DNA from: Mitosporidium daphniae
Lineage: Eukaryota
Assembly (NCBI RefSeq): GCF_000760515.2
Contig: NW_013546667.1
Location: forward strand, 49,628-69,627
DNA: 20,000 bases
Direction of reading: 5' to 3'
The position numbers were made by a program, and so were the translations under genes. Shown here one piece after another: positions 1 through 8,305 of this stretch. Each line of letters begins with the position of its first letter. The first letter of the stretch is position 1. The notes under the pieces were generated by a model that did not search any database, was not told where the DNA came from, and saw nothing but the letters and a program-made list of their open reading frames with translations.

Positions 1-1054
1 GTCTTGATGAGTGGATAACACTGATCATCGACATTTCCATCGACATTTCCATCGACATTTCCATCAACATTTCCATCAACATGCTCGCTATTACTTTCTT
101 TAGGTTCAGAGGGATCTGGAACCGGTTTTTTGCTGCCATCTGCAATGTTTGATCCCAAAATATATGGTTTAAGAGGATCTGGCAAAAAGCCAGCATAATC
201 AAGATCACAGAATGAAACGGAAACAATGGTATCCTGTGGAAGGTTGAATTTATACGCAATCTGGTGCGCAATACCCGTTCTCCTATGAATGCTGACAGGG
301 AGAGCCTGTCTTTCAGCAAGTGCGCCAAGAAGCAATCCACCAAGATCCTCGTAAACTAAAACCCGCCCATTGCTTCTAATGTTGGCCAGTGATATCAACT
401 GAGACAATGTGTCCACTCTTAATGACCTTAGCGTAAATATAGCACAAATTTACATCATTTTCTTGGGCACACGAGTAAAGTAATAGTCACAAAGAGAAAA
501 CGAACACACTTGAATCGGTGTAATGGTCCTTAGAAATCTAGATGCATAAAGTAGAAGCCAGCTACTTTTGTTGCTTCTTTTTTACATATTTGGCCTGGGA
601 AAATTCATTTTTCTCGCTAAAAGTGGTGCTGTTTGCAATTATCTCGTTAATGAGATCTCCAGCCTGGGCCTCTCCGCTCTTTATATGATCCTTAAGTTTG
701 TCGATGTCTGCGTCAGTGAGCCGCTGCGAGGCGCTATCGGGCGACAAAAATTGGTTGTTTCTTGTCACTAGATGAGAATCAGAATGAACCCCAAAATACC
801 TTCCATAGATGCGACCATGCCATCGTCTCCAAGGTCTTGAGGGCTGGTAGAAAGATCTGCGTTAATCACATACGGTTGATTAAAATTCAATCCAATCAAA
901 TTCTTTGCCGGAATATTTCCAATCTTTTTCAACTTTAAGGAACTAAAAATCAAATAACGCAACATCACCATCCTTGCATTAATTGAAATAATTTTGTATC
1001 TTCCGAGGGCAGCTGAAAAAGAACGAATTCGCCCTCTTTTGTCGAGTTTTCCAT
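1..1054 (-). CDS. TRM6: tRNA m1A58 methyltransferase non-catalytic subunit (Trm6/Gcd10), 3' end runs off the window
   Basis: ATG at 1054. Removing GT-AG introns 943-968, 768-799, 538-565 and 427-453 gives MENSTKEGEFVLFQLPSEDTKLFQL...IIANSTTFSEKNEFSQAKYVKKKQQKF...SLRVDTLSQLISLANIRSNGRVLVYEDLGGLLLGALAER, which are typical Gcd10 motifs. The frame stays open to position 1. Confidence 0.9.
26..82. repeat. 12-bp tandem repeat (CATCRACATTTC, about 4.75 copies) encoding (VDGN)n in Trm6
   Basis: Units start at 26, 38, 50, 62 and 74 (last one partial). Confidence 0.95.
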
Positions 1055-1079
1055 AAAAAATTAAAATTTAATATTCCCA
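1055..1079. promoter_or_regulatory. 25-bp AT-rich bidirectional promoter region between TRM6 and FIGNL1
   Basis: Divergent ATGs at 1054 (-) and 1080 (+). Contains AAATTT, with CCC just before the FIGNL1 ATG. Confidence 0.6.
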
Positions 1080-3217
1080 ATGTTTGGGGAGCCGGAAGGA
1101 GCACACAAAGACGAAGTGCATCGTCACATTAAAGCGTCAATTGGACTGGAAAAGCTATCGGAATCATGCAATGGGAGCAAGAAATCTCCTTCAGAAATTG
1201 ATAACATTTTTTTTGCTTCAATGGAAAGGATCTCTTTCCTTGTCAAAAAATACAATCAATCTCCCAACGACGAGGCCAGGGAGTTGATTGCAAAAATTTC
1301 ACTTGTCGAGCAGCTGAATATTAGAAAGGCCCTCGAAAAAAAGTTTTGTTTGTCTCCGGCCACCGAATACAAGGCGCAGCCTTACAACTCGTCCGCACTC
1401 AAGGTGGCCATCGAGACAATTTCAAATCAATATAAGGTTCAAATTTCGCTTGTAACTATAGAATGAGCATGAAAAAATACTGAAAGCGTGGAATTGCACG
1501 TTCGAACAGTTTGACGCCAATATGTGTGGCAAAAAATCACAACCCGATTTCCGCTCTGCGCCTGTACATGGCTGTATGCCGCAAAATCGCTTTACCGGAA
1601 GACAGGGCGTCGACGATTATAGGACAAACCAAGGAGGCTCGCTTGCAAAAATACCAGCCCATGTTTACAATGGTGGCAGTGGACATGTTCCACATGCATC
1701 CCGGGACAATTTACAGCCGCTTGCTACGGCTACGCAAAATTCGTTTGTAACAGCAAAACAGCAGCTTGTAGGGTATTTCTTTTCATCTAGATATCGAATT
1801 CGCTCAAAAAGCCGCCAGAGGGAGCACATGCTTCCTCGCTGCCGAAAAGGAATCCAGGTCACCGATTGGGCATCAATCGTTCGATTTCCTCTGCATCTTC
1901 GTCTTCATCCTCATCTTGTGCGCCATACACCTCTTCGTCCGCGTCCGGTACATCTTCTAATTTAGAGGACGAGTCATATTCCGCCAACTTGTCGCTTTAT
2001 CAACTGAACCATAACCCATTGGGCCCCAACTCGAAGCAAAATACTGTAAACAATCAGGACGTGGCCGCTTTATCTGATGATCGCCTGAAAAACATCGAGC
2101 CTAAAATGGTGCAGTTTATCATGAATGAGGTACATTGATCGACCTTTTTTATTAGATCATGGATATTGGAAAGCCGGTGACATGGGACGATATTGCCGGC
2201 TTGGAGCATGCTAAGAAAACCATCAAGGAAATTGTGGTGTGGCCTATGTTGAGACCGTACCTGTTTACATATCACCAGTAGAGACATATTTACAGGGCTA
2301 CGGGGCCCTCCAAAAGGCATCCTTCTGTTTGGACCGCCGGGCACCGGGAAAACACTTATTGGAAAGTGCATTGCCTCGCAATCGGGAGCGACGTTTTTCA
2401 ACATCAGTGCCTCTTCACTCACTTCAAAGTGGATTGGCGAGGGCGAAAAAATGGTGCGTGCTCTTTTTGCTGTTGCACGCTGCCGCTCTCCCTCTGTAAT
2501 ATTTGTAGATGAGATAGACTCCCTGCTTACAGCTCGCACAGAAGGCGAAATGGAAGCCACTAGACGTTTGAAAACAGAGTTCCTAATTCAACTTGATGGA
2601 GCCGGAACAGACGATGCTCGTCTGCTGCTTATCGGTGCGTGCGTGATCTGCCGTTTGTGCTTGCTATTTTCACAATTGAGCGTCCACTGCTACTTTATTG
2701 CCTTTTTTCTTCAATCCGGCATCTTTTTACCTTTTACATCCCCGCCCAGTTCTTTTCTCATGCTTTAGGTGCCACAAACAGACCCCAGGAGCTTGATGAG
2801 GCGGCACGGCGCCGCCTTGTCAAACGGCTCTACATCCCGCTACCGGACGCTGCAGCGAGAGCAGATATTGTAAGAAGGCTTTGTGCATCAAATAAAATGG
2901 CCTCGCTCGTTTCGGACGACTATGTTACCGTTGGCGAGTGGACAGCAGGTACACAAATTTTTCCCAATAGTTTTGTAGGATATTCGGGCTCTGATATGCA
3001 CAGTCTCTGCCGAGAGGCTTCCCTTGGCCCCATTCGGTCAATACCCGATATCACATCAATACAGGCCGACCAAGTAGCATGCCTCAATAACAAATAGGTT
3101 CCCCCAATTGGTCTCCATGACTTTCAACATGCGCTTACCCAGGTGCGGGCATCTGTCTCAGATAAAGATCTCGGGATGTACGAAGAGTGGAATCGACTGT
3201 ATGGCTCGATGGGCTAA
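1080..3217 (+). CDS. FIGNL1: Fidgetin-like 1 AAA+ ATPase (about 616 aa, 7 introns)
   Basis: Introns 1437-1461, 1768-1790, 2130-2155, 2257-2281, 2635-2768, 2949-2978 and 3074-3097. Spliced product has [49 protein letters not shown], Walker [18 protein letters not shown], Walker [34 protein letters not shown] and a Vps4-C-like tail [10 protein letters not shown]. Stop TAA 3215-3217. Confidence 0.93.
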
Positions 3218-3233
3218 TAAATAAAATAATTTA

Positions 3234-4013
3234 TTAATCGTCGGCACTGGATGCATTGTCACTACAGTCTTCGCCAATGGAGGCATCACTTTGCTCTTCC
3301 TCTGATTCTTGGTCCGAATCTTCCTCAATGGTAGTTGCAGATTCGCCCTCATCAGAGTGGCCATCTGAAGCGTCTCGATCAGAACCATCTACGCTATCTG
3401 CATCTTCAGTATCTTCCGTGTCTAGATCCGCCTGCTCAGTAGCTTCATCTTCTATTCTCTCAGAAAAGACCTGGGCAGGGACAAACTCCTTCTCTTGCGG
3501 AGTAAGGCCGCCCTCCAGTCGCATCCCAATCCGATCCACGAGAAAATTTAGTTTTCCCGATAACCTCTCGAGCTCTGATCGCGAAGATAATCTGGATTCA
3601 AGCGTCTCCAACAGACTCCTCAACTGCTCATGCAGCAATGGCGTTGATAGGATAATTGAGCAATGTGCACTGATTAGCGCAGAAACCCAAGGCAAATACA
3701 CCATCAGACGGTTTGGTGACTCCACGATGCAAAGCCCCAGTTTTTTGAAAAATGGAATTGCAAGTGCTTGCGGTAGTCGCCTTACAGTTATCTCGATGAG
3801 CGAAGGATCTTTGAGCCCTTCAGAAAATGCCATCTCCAACATAGAAGTGTCATTCAAATGGACCGCTTGAGAAAGCGTGCTCACCAGTGTCTTTTTGTCG
3901 GAACCAAAATGATTCTGCAAAGGTACTGTGGGGTTCTCCTCGTCCTTGGTCAAATATGATCCTTCAATGGGCGAAGAAGGCAGGACACTGTTATTTCGTT
4001 TCCTTTTTGCCAT
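3234..4013 (-). CDS. UTP5: SSU processome Utp5/WDR43-like protein (Dip2/Utp12 domain plus acidic tail)
   Basis: 259-aa ORF with TLSQAVHLNDTSMLE, IEITVRRLP, LPWVSALISAH and LERLSGKLNFL, followed by a D/E-rich C-terminus. No WD40 region. Confidence 0.8.
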   Translation of the reverse strand: MAKRKRNNSVLPSSPIEGSYLTKDEENPTVPLQNHFGSDKKTLVSTLSQAVHLNDTSMLEMAFSEGLKDPSLIEITVRRLPQALAIPFFKKLGLCIVESPNRLMVYLPWVSALISAHCSIILSTPLLHEQLRSLLETLESRLSSRSELERLSGKLNFLVDRIGMRLEGGLTPQEKEFVPAQVFSERIEDEATEQADLDTEDTEDADSVDGSDRDASDGHSDEGESATTIEEDSDQESEEEQSDASIGEDCSDNASSADD

Positions 4014-4054
4014 TAAATTAAAAAGTAATATTTGCAGCAGTTGAATAAATTTTA

Positions 4055-5032
4055 ATGTGCCATTATTTTATGCATCTTGTCCTCGACACCAATGCATTCA
4101 TCTTCAATGAGGCCGTCAACATTTATCCTAGCGATGAAATATACACAATTCCACAAGTGATCAAAAATGAAATCAAAGATGAGGCTGCAAAGCGGTCCCT
4201 TTGCATACTCGAGCCAAGGCTTCATATCCAAGTCCCATCCGCAGACTCGATCAGATTTGTGACCGAATTTGCAAAAAAGACGGGAGACCTGGCGTCATTG
4301 TCGATAGTTGATACCCATCTTATAGCTCTCACTCTGGACCTGGAAAAATCCGTTTGCCGAGGAGATATTTCCCATTTACGTAGCACCCCTTTGCCCCTGT
4401 GTCTTTCCAAAGGACAGCAGAACAATTTGCAAGGTGGATCGCCCATGGACACTTGGATCACATCCAGTTCGTCCGGTAGTGATGGCACCGATTCGCACGG
4501 CAGTACTGAGTCTTCTGCCTCAATGCCACGGGAAGTTGCTTGCCTTTCTTCTGACTTTGCAATGCAGAATGTTCTTATTCAAATTGGCCTTTGTGCCCGC
4601 TCGAGCCAGTCTGGAGCACACATAAAGTCCCTTCGCCATTGGGTCCTTCGCTGTCATGCATGTTACGCCATCGAGCGCGATTCCACACGCAGGTTTTGCG
4701 ACAAATGCGGGAATGCCACTCTTTTGCGGACATCTGTTGGTGTTTCTGCAGAGACCGGAGAAATGGTGCTCTACTTGAAGAAAAACTTTCAATTCAACAA
4801 CCGAGGTACAATTTATCCGATTCCCAAAAAGGAAAAACTAAACTTGAGAGAAGATCAAAAGGAGTATCAACGATCCATCAAAGTATACCAGCGCTCGCTT
4901 TCACGAAGCCAGCGGGAGGATTCCGCCTTTTCTTCGTCCTTTTTTTCTGGCTGTATACGGGCGGGAGAATGCCAACAGCCCGTCATTGGCTATGGGCGTC
5001 GGAATATCAATGCCAGCAAGCTCACAAAGTAA
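4055..5032 (+). CDS. NOB1: 20S pre-rRNA D-site endonuclease Nob1
   Basis: PIN domain (LVLDTNAFI; FAKKTGDLASLSIVDTHLIAL; SSDFAMQNVLIQIGL) and zinc ribbon (LRCHACY...FCDKCGNATL). Intronless. The start could be 4070. Confidence 0.95.
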   Translation: MCHYFMHLVLDTNAFIFNEAVNIYPSDEIYTIPQVIKNEIKDEAAKRSLCILEPRLHIQVPSADSIRFVTEFAKKTGDLASLSIVDTHLIALTLDLEKSVCRGDISHLRSTPLPLCLSKGQQNNLQGGSPMDTWITSSSSGSDGTDSHGSTESSASMPREVACLSSDFAMQNVLIQIGLCARSSQSGAHIKSLRHWVLRCHACYAIERDSTRRFCDKCGNATLLRTSVGVSAETGEMVLYLKKNFQFNNRGTIYPIPKKEKLNLREDQKEYQRSIKVYQRSLSRSQREDSAFSSSFFSGCIRAGECQQPVIGYGRRNINASKLTK

Positions 5033-5249
5033 CTTATTAAAATCGATATGCACCCATCTGCTAAATAAATTTGTTCTGTTAGATGCAAGCGTTTGGCCCA
5101 CATGTGTGCCACACTTGTAAATCAAAGTTGAGACTTAAAAATAGCATATGACACGGCCAACTTTTTCCCACACGTTGGTCTTCAAACCCACATCATGTTG
5201 GCAACAAAGCTACGGATAGCGATTACTTCCATTTAGTTAAGTTTATTGC

Positions 5250-5633
5250 TTAGTTTTGCTTGCGGCGAATGGATACACCTAGTACAAAGTTAAGAAAATA
5301 AGCAATACCCTCAGAGATGCGGCAGCGACCACCGGTTGGTTGGCAGAGGATCAACTGGCATTTTGGGCAAGAAATGACCGTCTTTGCATGGCTGAATGCG
5401 CTGACAATGGTATGGCATTCTACAAAAGATGGGAGACACATATCATACTGCTGCATTTAACATCCATGAAGAACGAGTTTGGGCTCTGCACAAGCCGCTT
5501 AAGCTTGTGTGTGCGCTTTTGGGTCTGAAGAGATGGATTGAGAAGATCGGTTACGAGCTACCACAATTAGCAAAGACCAACGGAAAGGGGCACAATGGAT
5601 GAAATGCAGACAAGAACAAAGACTTACCGGCAT
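5250..5633 (-). CDS. RPS27: 40S ribosomal protein S27 (eS27), 84 aa, 3 introns
   Basis: Introns 5558-5627, 5420-5448 and 5279-5308. Spliced: [84 protein letters not shown]. Confidence 0.96.
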
Positions 5634-5710
5634 AATGGCGAATAAAACTACTAAATTTTAAAACTTTAATTTTCATCATAATGGTTCGAAATTTTATTTA
5701 CCAAATGGAA

Positions 5711-7033
5711 CTAAGACGGATGCATGTTCTCAATGCTATGTTTTGATGCAACGTCGGGGGAGATTATAATGTGTCGATGTGGGTAGAGCTCTTTATACGT
5801 ATTCTTAATGGTCAGCTCGGATATTCCAGTCACCATTGAAATATCTCTAGCTGGCCGTCTGTACTGGGGATGAAGCAAGGTCACCATGTATATGATTGTT
5901 GCTGCAATAGATACTGGGCTCTTTCCAGAGAGACAGTCCAAGAATTGCACCTTTTGACACAGCTGCAATGCGCTTTTTTGCACCTCCATTGGAAGGGAAA
6001 GGTTTGAGCAAAATCGTGCCATAAAATCCTGTATATAAATAATGGATCCCATTGGGCGTTGTTCTTCGCCATTGAGGGCAATCAAAGGCGAAAGAGATGG
6101 ACTCTCCACAGGAGATTCTGCTTTCAATGCCGCAACAGCAGGAACGGAGGCCGAAGACGAGGTGGAGAGTTGGGCCTCTGTGGGGGATCCTCCACCAGAA
6201 CCCCCAGCAACGGCCTTCGAGGCTGACAAATTTGGCTGCATCAAAGCTGACGTCATTTTTGGCGTAATGGCACCATTTGTATGTATTTCACCCTGCGGAT
6301 ATAGATATGGAAAAAGCGCCTTATAACACCGACCAATGTCCTTCTTTGGAATCATCGTCAGAAGCGATATCTCTTTAAATGTCCGTGTAACGCGCTCCAT
6401 TCGACAAGCGATGTAGACGCATGCAGCGATGATCCCATCCATTGGCTTTCCCTTTAACAACTTCCCATCCTCAACCTTTTTAAACAGATGCTTAGCACAA
6501 TCTGCAATCCTTTTTGGAAGTCCAATTCGTTCTGAAATGATAGAAATATTTTTAAAGGCGTGGATAATATTTCGATCCGAGGCTTTCATACTTGTCTTGT
6601 TCTGTATTTTTGCAAGATCAAATGAAGAGCCAGATGACGATCCGGATGAAGAAAACGAAGATCCATCTTTTCCCTTAGGGAGGGAGGAAATGAGCGTTGA
6701 TTCAATGGTCAACGTCTCGTCATCCCCCTCCCCATACATCAGCGGGTCTTGAGGCCCTCCGACACGAGATGGGTCATCATTTCCAGATGTTCCATCATTG
6801 GCAAATGATCGCCATTCGCTCCTAGTATCTATTATTCGATCGTGAACAACGACCCCACAATCCCGACATACAACATCCCCAGATGCATAATCTTCGATAA
6901 GATTAGGATTGGCGCTTCTGCATTCTGAACAACTAAATTTAATTGTCAAATCTTGAGAAAATTTTCTCATATGCACGGCTGATGATGCCAGAGATGGAGG
7001 GGCTGGCGGTAGTGGTGGTGATGATGCTAACAT
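5711..7033 (-). CDS. SUA7: General transcription factor TFIIB
   Basis: Zinc ribbon CSEC...GDVVCRDCG, B-reader IDTRSEWRSF...DPSRVG and two cyclin folds (AACVYIACR...RTFKEI; RFCSNLSL...GKSPVSIAA). 440 aa, intronless CDS. Confidence 0.96.
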   Translation of the reverse strand: MLASSPPLPPAPPSLASSAVHMRKFSQDLTIKFSCSECRSANPNLIEDYASGDVVCRDCGVVVHDRIIDTRSEWRSFANDGTSGNDDPSRVGGPQDPLMYGEGDDETLTIESTLISSLPKGKDGSSFSSSGSSSGSSFDLAKIQNKTSMKASDRNIIHAFKNISIISERIGLPKRIADCAKHLFKKVEDGKLLKGKPMDGIIAACVYIACRMERVTRTFKEISLLTMIPKKDIGRCYKALFPYLYPQGEIHTNGAITPKMTSALMQPNLSASKAVAGGSGGGSPTEAQLSTSSSASVPAVAALKAESPVESPSLSPLIALNGEEQRPMGSIIYIQDFMARFCSNLSLPMEVQKSALQLCQKVQFLDCLSGKSPVSIAATIIYMVTLLHPQYRRPARDISMVTGISELTIKNTYKELYPHRHIIISPDVASKHSIENMHPS

Positions 7034-7325
7034 GTTTTGTGGTTATTGATCGTCTTCTCTCCTAAAGAGTAAGATTGGATGATCATACGTATTTATTGAG
7101 TAAAGTACAATGGTTGTTGATGATCTACCTCTTTTGACAAACGGCTGACCTCCTCTCCACAGAGCAAGCAACAACAAAAAATTATGCATGAATGTTGCTT
7201 TTGAGTTTTGTGCAAAAAGCGACCCCGATTGGTCCAATCAGTTTAAATCTCCTAACTTTGAAGGTGAAACATATTTTTGAAAAAACCCTTTAATTCCAAA
7301 TTAATTTCACATTAATCCACAAACC

Positions 7326-8105
7326 TCACCATTCAGAAATGGCCAACAAGATTTGCTCCTCAGATGCATCCAGGTCGAGGGGAGGAAAGATGATACACAG
7401 CAGTCCATTTTTGAGCCCAACCGTAATGTTTTCAACGTTAGTTTGAGATGGCACTCTTAGTTTTTCGTCGATTTCTTTTTGAATCAAAGGTCCTCTATTT
7501 GATTCAGAAATGGCACAAGTTCCACGAATCGATATCATTCTCTTGTCCCCAGAGATGGTCACTTTAAGATCATTTGCGGAACAACCAGAGACGTCCACAA
7601 CCATCATTTTCTCACCCTCTTCAAGGTTGTTAATGCGTTCCTCGCTTTCCTTGGTGAAAAGCGCATCGGGCATCAGTTTCCCGAACAATTTATGAAGCTT
7701 TGCCGAGATATCGGAATGAGGATCTTCCTCTTCTGCCATTACCTTGTTCTTGGACTCTTTAAGCTGTTCAGAGACTTGTGACCACAGCGTTTCAACATCT
7801 TGAACCAGTCTATCTTTCCACTGGCCCAAGTTTCCCAAAAGATCGTCTTTATCCATCAAATGAGCAGTCTCATCTTTGCATTTCTGGAGTCTCTCCATCA
7901 TGCCTTCTTTGATATTCTCGAGTTTCGATTTTACCGAATGTGGGGTTTGCTTCTCAATTTGGCTTTGAATTTTCTTTGGCCCATCTGTTTGCAAATCCGG
8001 GATATTTTTAAATGCGGGATAATCATTCCACACCCCGGCAATCAGTGCCAAAATTAGGAAAATTTTCAACAGCGCAAGCGACATCTTTGCGGGAAACGAA
8101 TTCAT
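7326..8105 (-). CDS. Putative secreted or membrane-targeted protein with a C-terminal alpha-crystallin (Hsp20) domain
   Basis: First in-frame ATG at 8105 (alternative 8084). Hydrophobic N-terminus LALLKIFLILALIAG, helical charged middle, and C-terminal VVDVSGCSANDLKVTI...ISIRG...LRVPSQTNVENITVGLKNGLLCIIFP matching the ACD pattern. Confidence 0.75.
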   Translation of the reverse strand: MNSFPAKMSLALLKIFLILALIAGVWNDYPAFKNIPDLQTDGPKKIQSQIEKQTPHSVKSKLENIKEGMMERLQKCKDETAHLMDKDDLLGNLGQWKDRLVQDVETLWSQVSEQLKESKNKVMAEEEDPHSDISAKLHKLFGKLMPDALFTKESEERINNLEEGEKMMVVDVSGCSANDLKVTISGDKRMISIRGTCAISESNRGPLIQKEIDEKLRVPSQTNVENITVGLKNGLLCIIFPPLDLDASEEQILLAISEW

Positions 8106-8132
8106 CTGAGCTCGCCGCACATTTAGCGCCCC

Positions 8133-8139
8133 ATTTATA
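8133..8139 (-). promoter_or_regulatory. TATA-like box (TATAAAT) upstream of the Hsp20-domain gene
   Basis: Lies 28-34 nt upstream of ATG 8105 on the minus strand. Confidence 0.4.
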
Positions 8140-8305
8140 GCAAGTGCGGAAAGAAGCCTATGGTCGCATCAAAGTAAATCTAATTTTATTTGTGCAATTT
8201 GTATTGCAAACGGCGCGGAAATCGGCCTAAAATCAAGGCGAACTCTGTTCGCACGCAGCGAATTCAAACCCCACGAGGGAGCGTGGTAAAGCTTGGTTTA
8301 TTTGG

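Noticed and set aside
26..82. CRISPR-like or telomeric repeat
   Set aside because: No spacers; it is an in-frame 12-bp coding repeat within TRM6.
1080..3217. Fragmented ORFs in FIGNL1, TRM6, RPC1 and DNAJC11 as pseudogenes, frameshifting or a variant genetic code
   Set aside because: Each break is resolved by a GT-AG (once GC-AG) intron that restores conserved sequence under the standard code.
3256..3870. Long antisense ORFs (3256-3870, 10785-11525, 16333-17154, 17894-18376 and others)
   Set aside because: They are shadows of real genes on the opposite strand with no recognisable domains.
7074..7149. C/D box snoRNA on the + strand (TGATGA near 7118, CTGA near 7145)
   Set aside because: C box is degenerate, there is no terminal stem, and I could not recognise an rRNA-complementary guide.
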